A stretch of 64,000 bases of DNA from Methanobacteriota archaeon. GTDB taxonomy: Archaea; Thermoplasmatota; Thermoplasmata; SG8-5; JAGLSY01. Within the stretch, counting starts at the first letter, position 1; the number at the start of each line of letters is the position of its first letter. This document shows, in pieces, positions 10,355 through 20,179 of the stretch. The notes beneath the pieces were generated by a model. The model had not been told where the DNA came from. It worked only from the letters and a program-made list of their open reading frames with translations, and did not search any database. Position numbers and translations under genes: made by a program. The DNA lies in NCBI GenBank assembly GCA_020697715.1, contig JAEHCO010000001.1, positions 682,149-746,148 on the forward strand. Reading direction: 5' to 3'.

Positions 10355-11734
10355 ATGGATCAGAATTCGGGATGGCAAGGCAGGATCAAGACGATCGAAA
10401 AGGATTTTTCGAAAGCTGCCAATGAGATCAAGGGCGGGATGAACGCGCAGTTATGCGCTTATTGCAAGGGCTCGAAAAAACTGTGTGGTAAGGACAGGTG
10501 CCCGGTTTTGACAAAGTATTATGCGCAATCCAAGACCCAGTCGATGATCAATTCCACGAACATAGCTGGCTCCTCCCCACCTGGAGTTTTTGTGGGTCGC
10601 TATGGCTATCCGAAAGTCCTCGTCGGGCCACTTGTACCAGCTGAAACTGGCGACACGATGTTGTATGACACTCCAGAGAGGTGGATCGGGAAGTCTATCG
10701 AGGACATCGTGGATTTCAGAATGAAGCTGGTGCGGGGGATGAAACCAGTGGAAGTCACCAATGTGGAGAATGGGGGACGGGTGGTGGATATCACGAGAGA
10801 ACTGGCCATGGGTTCGGTCTCCTCGGATGTGGAGGCCACCTTCACGAAGAAACCCAGAGGTCGCCTTACTTTTAATTCCGAGTCCCAACCATTTGGACCG
10901 ACCGCGCCCATTAAGGGTCTGGATTCGGGCAATATCAAGATCGACCAGAGGATCGACAAGGCTTATTCCGATACTGATCTATTATCCAAGCCAGCGGTTA
11001 TCGATCTTTACAAGAATGGTATCATGGTATCTAGAATTCAGAAAGCTTTCAGCGTGGGGGCTTTCGGTATTGGTAAGAACCGAAAATTCGTGCCCACCAG
11101 ATGGAGCATTACCGCGGTGGACGATATGCTTGGCAAGGATCTGATGATCAATACCAAGCACGCGCCTTTCATAAATGATTTCGAAGTGTACTGGACGGAG
11201 GAGTTGGACAATAGATGGGCCGTGTTGATGATGCCCTGCTCATGGAGATATGAGCTCATCGAGGCTTGGTATCCGAACACGGTCTGGAACCCATATGGCC
11301 GGGATGTCGTTATCTTCTCGGATTATGAATTTTTGAAGAATCGAACCACATATGCGAAGATCGGTGGCTGTTATTATTCTGCCAGGCTGGCGGTCAATGA
11401 AAACCTAATAGCTCGTAACAGGCAAGCTGGTTGTGTGATATTCAGGGAAGCACATGCGGGATACATCATGCCCGTTGGTGTGTGGAATGTGAGGGAGAAT
11501 GTGAGGGCGGCTGTTCGCAATAAGCCCAAGAAATTTGGTACTCTTAAAGAATCCCTGGACTTCATATCCACAAGGATGGACATTCCGATGGACAGATGGA
11601 TCAAGACCAGCGGGGTGTTGAAGGACATGCTACATCAGAGGAGGATCGAGGATTTTCTAACTGATGACAAGCCGATAGAGCCAGACATGGATAATACGGT
11701 AGAGCCGGAATTGGAGATGGAAAATGAAGGCTAG
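10355..11734 (+). CDS. nreA: Nre family DNA repair protein
   Basis: CAYCKG..LCG..RCP, GSSPPGVFVGRYGYPKV, VPTRWSITAVDD, GGCYYSARL, PVGVWNVRE; PIP-like QRRIEDFL near the C-terminus. Confidence 0.92.
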   Translation: MDQNSGWQGRIKTIEKDFSKAANEIKGGMNAQLCAYCKGSKKLCGKDRCPVLTKYYAQSKTQSMINSTNIAGSSPPGVFVGRYGYPKVLVGPLVPAETGDTMLYDTPERWIGKSIEDIVDFRMKLVRGMKPVEVTNVENGGRVVDITRELAMGSVSSDVEATFTKKPRGRLTFNSESQPFGPTAPIKGLDSGNIKIDQRIDKAYSDTDLLSKPAVIDLYKNGIMVSRIQKAFSVGAFGIGKNRKFVPTRWSITAVDDMLGKDLMINTKHAPFINDFEVYWTEELDNRWAVLMMPCSWRYELIEAWYPNTVWNPYGRDVVIFSDYEFLKNRTTYAKIGGCYYSARLAVNENLIARNRQAGCVIFREAHAGYIMPVGVWNVRENVRAAVRNKPKKFGTLKESLDFISTRMDIPMDRWIKTSGVLKDMLHQRRIEDFLTDDKPIEPDMDNTVEPELEMENEG

Positions 11735-12503
11735 GACCGCATTGTCCGTTTCCCAGCTTCCGGGTCTGGAATACGCTCTGAATCCATATTCCGGTTGCTC
11801 CCATGCCTGTATCTATTGCTATGCTCAGGATGTTCTTAGAATGGATGATGGTCGGGAATGGGGGAGTTTTGCACAAGCGAAAGTCGGTTTACCGAATATA
11901 CTGGCCAAGGAATTGAAGCGCAAGGAAAAAGGAATGATCGGTCTTGGAACCGTGACCGATCCTTATCAGGTTTCGGAAGAAAGATCCAAGAATACCAGAT
12001 ATTGCCTTGAGCAGATAGCCAGAAAGAAATGGCCAGTGTGTGTTCAGACAAAGTCCGATCTTGTAAAAAGGGACATCGATGTACTGGCCAGGATAGAAGG
12101 GGCGGAGGTGGGTATCACCATCACCACCCTGGATGAGGAATTGGCCAGTGAACTGGAACCTGGAGCTCCAACTCCCGCTATGAGGTTGGAGGCATTGAGG
12201 GAACTTGTGCAGGCTGGAATAAGGACATGGGTCTTCATCGGGCCGATAATTCCGACCATGAATGACTCGGAAGAAGGACTGGCTGAGCTTCTTGTTGAGA
12301 TCGCCAATATAGGTGTCGGGGAGATACAATATGACCGACTGAGGCTGAAGCCAGTGCTCGTGAAGAGAATGAGAGCACATCTTGGTGAAAGGATGAATGA
12401 GATAGAGAGATTATCCAATGATACAACATGGTTCAGGAATGTATCATCATTCATCGACAAACACTGCGAAGACCTGGATATTGTCCCCAAAAAAGCTTTC
12501 TGA
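11724..12503 (+). CDS. radical SAM protein, spore-photoproduct-lyase-like family (COG1533)
   Basis: NPYSGCSHACIYCYA, TVTDPYQ, QTKS, LEPGAPTP; overlaps nreA stop by 11 nt. Confidence 0.9.
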   Translation: MKARTALSVSQLPGLEYALNPYSGCSHACIYCYAQDVLRMDDGREWGSFAQAKVGLPNILAKELKRKEKGMIGLGTVTDPYQVSEERSKNTRYCLEQIARKKWPVCVQTKSDLVKRDIDVLARIEGAEVGITITTLDEELASELEPGAPTPAMRLEALRELVQAGIRTWVFIGPIIPTMNDSEEGLAELLVEIANIGVGEIQYDRLRLKPVLVKRMRAHLGERMNEIERLSNDTTWFRNVSSFIDKHCEDLDIVPKKAF

Positions 12504-12559
12504 CTTAGGCGATTGCCTTTTAATAATGAAGCAACATACACTTTCTCAAGGTATTGAAA

Positions 12560-14116
12560 ATGGATCCAAATAGTGATATCCAGCCAAGGTTGGAAGAAGA
12601 CAAAACAGACTCTCTTCAGCAATTGAAAATAAATCTAAAGAGAGATGTCCAGTTAGGGTCGAAAGAAGGCAAGTACCTCTTCATGGCCCTGATCATCATG
12701 TTCTACACCATAGCGAGGCTATTGGGTGTGGGTGTTCATGAATTCGCTGGCCATGGTCTTTTCACCGAGCTCGTGGGCGGGGAGTTCTACGCAGCCTACA
12801 TATCGCCAGGAAATGGTTTCGCCTCCATATATTTGCCAGATGGTACCAGCCAGTCCATCATCGCTCTTACCTATTTAGCAGGTATAATAGTGGAATTGAT
12901 AGTTGGCTCCATCCTATTGTTCATCGTGTACCCGCGCATGAAAAATCTAATGCCAGCACTTTTCACATTGGTGATGTCCGAGATACTGCTGGTTCATTCT
13001 TCATTATACCTGGTGCTCGGGTCATACATTCCTTCTGGAGATACCTATCGTGCCAATATATTTGGTGGTATAGCTATGGATATCATGGTGGTATCTGGAT
13101 TGATACTGGCCAGCGTATCCATATTGATAATCTCCATGAAGTTCATACAATTCATAACCAATTTCGAGGTTATCAAAGACGATAATTCAGCGAGGCGGGC
13201 ATTGGGCTTGTTCTGGCTGCCTCCAGTCATGATTGTCTGGACATCTATCATCATCTCATTTGTATTTCCTGGAGAGATGGAGGCCACATCCGATGAGCAG
13301 GCATATTCGCTCATCTATGGGTCTCTTGTATTGATGCTCATACTGATAGCCATGAACTTCACTCCACAGCTCACGACCAAGAAATTTGATTTCCTTCAAA
13401 GAGAAGGGGTCAGGCTGGACAAGGTGGTGAAGACACTGGGAGTCTTGCTTCTGACCGTGGTGCTTTGGCTGGCTATATTTGGGCCAAGTTCGACAGAGGC
13501 ACATGGACTCATGATCAAGGATCCGCCTCTGGAATCCGAGGTGTTCTATCAGGATTATGTAGTTGGAAATGCCCTGATCGAATTGGGAGATAATGGAACG
13601 ATCGAGGTATCCATAATGCTGAAAGGCGTGATGGAAGATCCAATGCCTTTGGATCAAAAATTGTATGATTCTTTTGATGATAGGCCCAATTGGTCTTATT
13701 ACGAGAACGCATCCCGGAATATGATGAAGAACATGTTCCTGCTAACATCGGAGGAAACCACTAACCTGACCTTTGAGAACTATGTCTCAGGTGAAGTGTG
13801 GGGAGGAGGCGAGTTATATCGATATGCCCGTGTTTCCAAGATCAGTGTCAATCTAAGCGATATAGGATTCGATTTAGATGCTGGGGGAAATCTTACCATA
13901 CTGGCAATAGATCCCTGGATGGTCGGCAGAAATCCCGGATATCTGGATGGTATGGAATTCAGATGGGGAGATGATTATAATATCACAAATTACGATACTG
14001 GTAATATACAGTCTTCTGGTGGAGGTATGGATGAAGGATCACTTGTATGGAGAAACCCGGATTTCTCCAGCGCTCCAACTGGCTATAGGGTAAATTTTGT
14101 CAAAAATGATCGATAA
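12560..14116 (+). CDS. multi-TM membrane protein, M50B-like metallopeptidase domain plus C-terminal extracellular domain
   Basis: GVHEFAGHG, YLAGIIVE, SGD; about 7 TM helices followed by a hydrophilic domain. Confidence 0.6.
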   Translation: MDPNSDIQPRLEEDKTDSLQQLKINLKRDVQLGSKEGKYLFMALIIMFYTIARLLGVGVHEFAGHGLFTELVGGEFYAAYISPGNGFASIYLPDGTSQSIIALTYLAGIIVELIVGSILLFIVYPRMKNLMPALFTLVMSEILLVHSSLYLVLGSYIPSGDTYRANIFGGIAMDIMVVSGLILASVSILIISMKFIQFITNFEVIKDDNSARRALGLFWLPPVMIVWTSIIISFVFPGEMEATSDEQAYSLIYGSLVLMLILIAMNFTPQLTTKKFDFLQREGVRLDKVVKTLGVLLLTVVLWLAIFGPSSTEAHGLMIKDPPLESEVFYQDYVVGNALIELGDNGTIEVSIMLKGVMEDPMPLDQKLYDSFDDRPNWSYYENASRNMMKNMFLLTSEETTNLTFENYVSGEVWGGGELYRYARVSKISVNLSDIGFDLDAGGNLTILAIDPWMVGRNPGYLDGMEFRWGDDYNITNYDTGNIQSSGGGMDEGSLVWRNPDFSSAPTGYRVNFVKNDR

Positions 14117-14120
14117 GAGA

Positions 14121-14300
14121 TCATTCTTCTTCTGTGCCGATGTATAACAGAATAGCAATGCCGAACCAGGTGAATGCCAAGATGGTCAATGGCGAGGTGA
14201 CATTGCCCGATATCATCTGTGCCAAGATGAGTAATATTGGGATTATAAATCCTATCAACCAGAAAAGGTCCTTTCCATGCTTGTTAACGAATTCGTTCAT
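14121..14300 (-). CDS. small 2-TM membrane protein (59 aa, not in ORF track)
   Basis: MNEFVNKHGKDLFWLIGFIIPILLILAQMISGNVTSPLTILAFTWFGIAILLYIGTEEE*; SD GGAGTGA upstream. Confidence 0.7.
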   Translation of the reverse strand: MNEFVNKHGKDLFWLIGFIIPILLILAQMISGNVTSPLTILAFTWFGIAILLYIGTEEE

Positions 14301-14389
14301 GATAGATCACTCCATTGCCTTACTCAGTACAAAATGAAGCAGTACATAAAGCTATTGGATTATGTTTATGTGAGCTACAATTGCAGTAT

Positions 14390-15070
14390 CTATAAATGCC
14401 CCTCAAGTGCCTTCTTTCTTATCGCCGTGATATTACTGGCTATTGGCTCATCGCCTCCAAAGGCTGCATTTCCCGCAACCAGCATATTCCCACCATTTCG
14501 TGTCACGACATCCGCATTCTGCCGACCTATGCCACCATCCACCATGATATCGATGTCAAGATCATTCTCATCGATAAAGGTCTTGGCTTCCTTCAGCTTG
14601 TCCATCACCTCGGTCATGAATTTTTGACCACTGAATCCTGGATTGACTGTCATGATCAATAATAGATCAAGGTCTTCCATGTGATCCCTGGCTGCTGAAA
14701 AAGGCGTTGGTGGATTGAGCGAAAGACCTGTTTTAACTCCCAGGTCTTTGATCATGGAGATGGATTCGGATATGCAGTCATCGCATTCCGCATGCACGGT
14801 GATCCAGTCACTTCCCGCATCCGCGAATTTCTCTATATATTTCAAAGGGTGGGATATCATCAGGTGCGCGTCAAAAGGTACGGATATCGATGGGCGCAAC
14901 TGCTTGACGACTGCTGGCCCAAAAGATATGTTCGGCACGAAATGCCCGTCCATTATGTCCATATGGAGCATATCGGCTCCTCCATCTATCGCCCTGGTCA
15001 CATCCTCTTCCAGATGCGTGAACCTTGCTGAAAGTATGGAAGGCGCGATCATTATCTTTCTTTTATTCAT
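14390..15070 (-). CDS. rpe: ribulose-phosphate 3-epimerase
   Basis: IAPSILSA, HMDIMDGHFVPNISFG, DAHLMI, MTVNPGFSGQ, VDGGI; start trimmed to MNKRK. Confidence 0.96.
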   Translation of the reverse strand: MNKRKIMIAPSILSARFTHLEEDVTRAIDGGADMLHMDIMDGHFVPNISFGPAVVKQLRPSISVPFDAHLMISHPLKYIEKFADAGSDWITVHAECDDCISESISMIKDLGVKTGLSLNPPTPFSAARDHMEDLDLLLIMTVNPGFSGQKFMTEVMDKLKEAKTFIDENDLDIDIMVDGGIGRQNADVVTRNGGNMLVAGNAAFGGDEPIASNITAIRKKALEGHL

Positions 15071-15255
15071 CAGAGCAGGGATTGTTAGGACGATATTATA
15101 ACTTTTCCACATCCCCAGTTCATCAATTTGATGAAAATAAGGTCTTCCAGGTCAAGAGGAAGGCATTATTGGGAATTCCCTGGGAATACCACACTAAGCC
15201 TTTAATATCCGATAATAGATATCAAATATAAAGAAAAATAAAAAAGGTGATATAT

Positions 15256-15717
15256 ATGGATGAGGGAAGCATTGGATTAATATTGATAGTGTTGGGCGTG
15301 TTCATGCTCATAGCCGAGGCCTCTTCTCCGGGATTCTTCATAGCGATCCCGGGAACAGTATTGTTGATACTGGGGCTTATCGGATTAGTTGCACCGGACA
15401 TACTCTTTTCAGAGTGGAGCCCGATAATCGCGGTCCTGGTAGGAATACCTATGACCTTCGTGATAATCAAATTATACCAGAAATTAGCTCCGCCAGAAAA
15501 TCCGACCACCACGGTCGGCACATCCCTGATAGGGAAGACTGGCACAGTATCGAAGACCATCATACCCAAGGAAATAAGCGGCAAGGTGACGATCGATCAC
15601 CAGTCATGGAGCGCGACAGCAAGGGAAGAGATCGAGGTAGGAGAGGACGTGACCATCGTTGAGAGCAAGGGTGTGCATGTGATAGTTGAGAAAATAGAAG
15701 ATAAGGAGAATGATTAA
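15256..15717 (+). CDS. NfeD family protein (short form)
   Basis: 3 TM helices plus OB fold (SLIGKTG...GKVTIDHQSWSA); upstream of SPFH gene. Confidence 0.9.
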   Translation: MDEGSIGLILIVLGVFMLIAEASSPGFFIAIPGTVLLILGLIGLVAPDILFSEWSPIIAVLVGIPMTFVIIKLYQKLAPPENPTTTVGTSLIGKTGTVSKTIIPKEISGKVTIDHQSWSATAREEIEVGEDVTIVESKGVHVIVEKIEDKEND

Positions 15718-16876
15718 TATGGAAATCGCCACAATAATCGGCTTGGTCATTCTGATCATATTCGCCATCATATTCATATTGATGACGAGTGTCAGGATCA
15801 TCCAGCCATATGAACAAGGATTGCTAGTTGTACTTGGTAATTTCAAAAGAATATTGAACCCAGGTTTCAACATGGTTCCTCCACTGATATCTGAGGTTAT
15901 CAAACTTGACCTCAGAACGCAAGTCATGGATGTTCCAAGACAGGAAGTTATAACAAAGGATAACTCACCGACAAATGTCGATGCTATAATTTACATCAAA
16001 GTTATCGATCCGAAGAAGGCTTTCTTCGAGGTGGATAACTATGCCAGAGCGACAATTTACCTGGGACAGACAACACTGAGGTCACTCATTGGTAATATGG
16101 AATTGGATGAGGTTCTCTACAGTAGGGAGACCATCAATGACCACATGCGTGATATACTGGACAAGGCAACTGACCAGTGGGGTGTGAAGGTCGAAGCCGT
16201 GGAGATCAGAGAGGTCGATCCAGTCGGGCCAGTCAAGGCCGCGATGGAGGAACAGACATCCGCAGAGAGGCGCCGAAGGGCCGCCATCCTTACGGCTGAC
16301 GGAGAAAAAAGATCAGCCATTCTGGTCGCCGAGGGTGACAAGAGGTCGAGAATTCTACAGGCCGAGGGCCTCAGGCAATCTAAGATACTGGAGGCCGAGG
16401 GCCAGAGAATGGCCACTATACTTGAAGGCCAGGGAGAAGCCCAGAAATTGAGAATACTCTCAATGGGTGCCTTACCGCTGGATCATAAGGCTCTGACTGT
16501 CCTATCACTGAACGCACTCAAGGACATGGCAGACGGCCAGGCTACCAAGATCATCTTCCCCTTCGAGGTCACACGCCTCATGGAAGGAGCGGCAAATTAC
16601 CTGGGTGTCAGTCAGAAGACACCCGAGCACACAGTTTCATCTCTTGCGGACATGGAAACCATGGTTGGCAAAGTGGATGACGTGCTGGGTGATATACCAA
16701 ATGCCTCCGTGCTAAAGGCCGAGCTGAAGAACATCGAGCAGGAAATGGAAAAGGAAGCGAGATCCACGGAGCAACTGGCTGCTGATCTTCAAAAAGGCAG
16801 GAAAGACACCTTTATCGAGAAGGAATTGAAGGTGAAGCCACCTGTGAAGAAAGTGCCAAAGGCAGCTCAGAAATAA
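15710..16876 (+). CDS. SPFH/stomatin (QmcA-like) protein
   Basis: DLRTQVMDVPRQEVITKDN, QTTLRSLIG, WGVKVEAVEIRE, AERRRRAAIL-AEG repeats. Confidence 0.94.
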   Translation: MINMEIATIIGLVILIIFAIIFILMTSVRIIQPYEQGLLVVLGNFKRILNPGFNMVPPLISEVIKLDLRTQVMDVPRQEVITKDNSPTNVDAIIYIKVIDPKKAFFEVDNYARATIYLGQTTLRSLIGNMELDEVLYSRETINDHMRDILDKATDQWGVKVEAVEIREVDPVGPVKAAMEEQTSAERRRRAAILTADGEKRSAILVAEGDKRSRILQAEGLRQSKILEAEGQRMATILEGQGEAQKLRILSMGALPLDHKALTVLSLNALKDMADGQATKIIFPFEVTRLMEGAANYLGVSQKTPEHTVSSLADMETMVGKVDDVLGDIPNASVLKAELKNIEQEMEKEARSTEQLAADLQKGRKDTFIEKELKVKPPVKKVPKAAQK

Positions 16877-16890
16877 GCAAAACCTGATAA

Positions 16891-16932
16891 TGCCCGCCGT
16901 TGATAGGCGGGCAAATCTTAATTTTTCTTTTT
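16891..16932 (+). terminator. hairpin plus U-rich tract
   Basis: TGCCCGCC-GTTGATA-GGCGGGCA then T-rich run. Confidence 0.7.
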
Positions 16933-16978
16933 ATATCTAACCGAAAATATTATAATACCCGCGCTTATCCTTTCCATC

Positions 16979-17806
16979 ATGCGCTTCAGCGTTGTCATCA
17001 TAGTACGAAATGGCGAGATATTCATGCGAGACGCACTGGATAGTCTCGCACATCAATCTGTCAAGCCAGATGAGGTCATCGTTGTTGATGCTGAAAGTAC
17101 TGATGGCACGCAGGACATCACCAGGGAATATGTGGAGAAATACGATTTTATCAAGCTGTTCGTCGAGCCTGGAACACGGGGCGAGGGGCGTAATTACGGA
17201 GTCAAGGTCTCAACTGGTGATATCGTGGCCTTCATGGATGCGGATGCCATTGCCAATGGTCTCTGGGTGGAGGAGATGAAGAGGGCGATGGAAGATGCGG
17301 ATGTCGTTGCTGGCCGCGAGGTGAGATTGGGATACACTGGCTTCACATCCCTGAAGCGTGTTGGTATGATGCACAAAGGTGTGGACATAACATATCCCAG
17401 TGTCAATCTGGCCTACAAAGTATCGGTATTCGATGCAATTGGAGGATTTGACTCATGGTTCAAGGAAGCCGAAGAAGTGGATCTCAATTTCAGAGCCGTG
17501 GATGCTGGTTACAAACTCGTCTTCAATGAGAAGGCGATAGTCTATCACAGGGCCAGGGAGACCTTTACAGGATTTTTGAAGCAATCTTTCTGGTATGGAT
17601 TTGGCAGAAAGGAACTCACTCTGAGGCATGGGACATTATGGCAGACCTATGAGCCTCTGGAGATGGTCAAGGTCAGCCAGGATGAATCTATCTGGAAGCT
17701 CATTCGTTTGGGAGCATCCTTTTTCGGCTACATATTCTGCAAGGTCACTGGAAAGAAGGAGACCATGAAGAACAGGCTGAGGGAATCAAAGGCCAGTGAG
17801 AGATGA
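16979..17806 (+). CDS. glycosyltransferase family 2
   Basis: FSVVII..N, VVDAESTDGT, AFMDADA, GGFD...EEVDL. Confidence 0.92.
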   Translation: MRFSVVIIVRNGEIFMRDALDSLAHQSVKPDEVIVVDAESTDGTQDITREYVEKYDFIKLFVEPGTRGEGRNYGVKVSTGDIVAFMDADAIANGLWVEEMKRAMEDADVVAGREVRLGYTGFTSLKRVGMMHKGVDITYPSVNLAYKVSVFDAIGGFDSWFKEAEEVDLNFRAVDAGYKLVFNEKAIVYHRARETFTGFLKQSFWYGFGRKELTLRHGTLWQTYEPLEMVKVSQDESIWKLIRLGASFFGYIFCKVTGKKETMKNRLRESKASER

Positions 17807-17831
17807 TCATTCATTATTTTGGGGAAGGTAC

Positions 17832-18050
17832 ATGAAAATATCATGCAAGATCGAGATAGAATTTGACACTAAGGGAAAGGCAGAGGCCGTGTCCAGCTCC
17901 ATCAAGGTCGATGATGAGAATTATGTAAGAACAGATATTGTCGATAATGTACTGGTGGCCACCATCACGGCTGACAGTGTTCCATCATTGAATCACACCA
18001 TTGAGGATTATATGGCGTGTCTTAGCATTGCGGAAAAAGCCATTGATTAG
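17832..18050 (+). CDS. pcc1: KEOPS complex subunit Pcc1
   Basis: 72 aa, IEIEF...SIKVDD...ITADSVPSLNHTIEDYMACL fits the Pcc1 pattern. Confidence 0.8.
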   Translation: MKISCKIEIEFDTKGKAEAVSSSIKVDDENYVRTDIVDNVLVATITADSVPSLNHTIEDYMACLSIAEKAID

Positions 18051-18106
18051 ATCCGCGCCAGTATTGCGGAAAATGCTATTGATTAGATCCGCAATGCCAG
18101 TATTGC
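18027..18106. repeat. imperfect tandem duplication of the pcc1 3' end (about 2.2 copies of 36-39 bp)
   Basis: ATTGCGGAAAAAGCCATTGATTAGATCCGCGCCAGT / ATTGCGGAAAATGCTATTGATTAGATCCGCAATGCCAGT / ATTGC. Confidence 0.85.
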
Positions 18107-18127
18107 TTAGATTATCATTGATCAAGA

Positions 18128-20080
18128 TCATTCAGGTTCTATTCCATCCCTTACCTTGATGCCTATGCCAGCCTTGAAAGATATCAACTCATTTCTTATC
18201 ATATTGGTTCTACCGCATGCCACCAATTTGTCATCCTCATCGACCACCAATACCTCATCCCCTGGAATGAGCTCTGGATCCGCATCGATCACGAACTTGG
18301 CGAACACATTCAATCCGTCTTGATTGAAGGCGGCTGTTTCTTTATCAACAATAACTCGTAACTTGGGGCCTGGCAGGGCTTTGTGAAGTAGCCTGGCTCC
18401 AGATGGCTTTAATGTGAAAAAGCCATCTCCAGCTCTCATCGATAGTATATGATCGCCATCGACCATCACATTTCGTATCTTACCGGTCTTTCGAGACTTT
18501 TTAAATGTCACCTGGCCTTGGAAAAGTATATCTGCAGAACCTTTTCCGAACTGAAGGTCCGCGACAGCCCGGACGCGGAGCATGTCCAGGTCGAAGTTGC
18601 CGGGTTCGGATGAAAGGAAAGCGATATTGTCAAGGGTCTCCTGGCCCTCCCAGTAAATTCCCTGGCCCTTGAAATATTTCTCTGAAAATTCCTTCAAGAG
18701 ATCATCCTTTTCCTTCAGGATGGCTCCTTCAAGGCGATCCGGGGTCATGGATTGAGCCAGCGGGTAGGCCTCATCCAGTTCGATGGGCACTGGCCCGAAA
18801 TAAGAATCCACCCAGAAATGCACATCACCCAGGGCGACAGCATTTTTGATATTATCGACATGGGTCCTTGAATAAGGTTTATTGCTCTCTGGAAAGATCA
18901 CGTAGATGGGTTTGTCTGGTTGATCATAGCGCTGGATCATCCGCTTCTTGAACCTGGAAATAGTAGGTCTTTGATGGCTCAATGATGAATTGTGAAGAAA
19001 TGCCAGATCCCTGCTGAGTGGTTCATATCTTTCCAGATCGTCCCGATACTTGGCCAATCTTTTGAAGGCCTCCATCAAAGACGGGTGATTTCGGCATCTG
19101 GTCTCTGTGAATTCCCAAAGATGCCCTTCCACAATGGCCTGTCTCACTCTTCTGATCTCAGCGAAGGACACATGGAGATTATGCCTGGCCAGTAATTTTT
19201 CTTTGTCAGGCCCAGCTTCTTTCAGTTCCTGAACCGTATGGGAAGAGCAAACTGGACACTCGCAAGGCAGTGCTTGAAGCTCATCCAGGAATCTTGTACC
19301 ATCCGGGAACATCATCCTGCCTTTATTGGCGAATTTCGCATAGGCTGCGGAATCGAACAGGTCGCAACCCATGAGCGCGGCCAGGGAGAATATCAATGGA
19401 TGTCCACATCCGAACAAATGCACTGGTATACCAGGATCCAGATGCTTCTTGGAGGACATCACGACATCCACCAAAGTGGCATAATGTTGCTTTTCCATTA
19501 AAGGAACTACCCCTCCGATGGGAAATAGATCGATATCAAGCTTGGACGACTCCTTTGCGGATATTTCTCTAAGATCATTGAAGACCCCGCCCTGTATCGT
19601 GCCAGCAAGGAGCATGTCTCCCTTTGCCTCCACGGACATCTTCGCCCGTTCCAATGTGATATCAAGGTCCTTGGATGCTTTATCGTGCTTGTCCTCGGGT
19701 TCGGTGAAGATGTCCAGTATGGTTCCGATATCTGATCCCACGGTCTTCTGAAACTCGATTATCTCAAGAGGATCAAGGGGAACCTCACCATAAATATGAG
19801 ATTGAAAGGTTCCGGAATCGGTCATAATGGTCCCATCAAAATCAAGAAGATCATGCAAGCCAGATTGTAAGGCTCGCTCTCTCAGATCATCGTTCTTTTT
19901 GATGATGTAGGAGTTTGTTATCAAAGCCTGTATGCCGAATTCTTCAACCATTTCCTTCGGGGTGATCAAAAGTAAATTGGGATTGATGACTGGCAGTAGA
20001 TTTGGAGTATCCACTGTATTTCTTCTTGTTTTGAACCTGCATATACGCGACAGACCATCCCGGTCTCTTAATTCCAGCAT
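18128..20080 (-). CDS. tgtA: archaeosine tRNA-guanine(15) transglycosylase with C-terminal PUA domain
   Basis: MTDSGTFQ, IGGVVPLME, HLFGCGHP, DLFDSAAY, CECPVC, ARHNL, PUA tail; start trimmed to MLELR. Confidence 0.95.
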   Translation of the reverse strand: MLELRDRDGLSRICRFKTRRNTVDTPNLLPVINPNLLLITPKEMVEEFGIQALITNSYIIKKNDDLRERALQSGLHDLLDFDGTIMTDSGTFQSHIYGEVPLDPLEIIEFQKTVGSDIGTILDIFTEPEDKHDKASKDLDITLERAKMSVEAKGDMLLAGTIQGGVFNDLREISAKESSKLDIDLFPIGGVVPLMEKQHYATLVDVVMSSKKHLDPGIPVHLFGCGHPLIFSLAALMGCDLFDSAAYAKFANKGRMMFPDGTRFLDELQALPCECPVCSSHTVQELKEAGPDKEKLLARHNLHVSFAEIRRVRQAIVEGHLWEFTETRCRNHPSLMEAFKRLAKYRDDLERYEPLSRDLAFLHNSSLSHQRPTISRFKKRMIQRYDQPDKPIYVIFPESNKPYSRTHVDNIKNAVALGDVHFWVDSYFGPVPIELDEAYPLAQSMTPDRLEGAILKEKDDLLKEFSEKYFKGQGIYWEGQETLDNIAFLSSEPGNFDLDMLRVRAVADLQFGKGSADILFQGQVTFKKSRKTGKIRNVMVDGDHILSMRAGDGFFTLKPSGARLLHKALPGPKLRVIVDKETAAFNQDGLNVFAKFVIDADPELIPGDEVLVVDEDDKLVACGRTNMIRNELISFKAGIGIKVRDGIEPE

Positions 20081-20179
20081 CGTATGTGGGAAAACGAACT
20101 TCAATATTATGTTTATGGGTTATTGGATATCAATATGAAAATTACATAAGCTTCAGAGTTGAAGACACTATCATGAAGA

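Noticed and set aside
18027-18106. 36-39 bp repeats considered as a CRISPR array
   Set aside because: The copies are directly adjacent with no spacers, and there are no cas genes.
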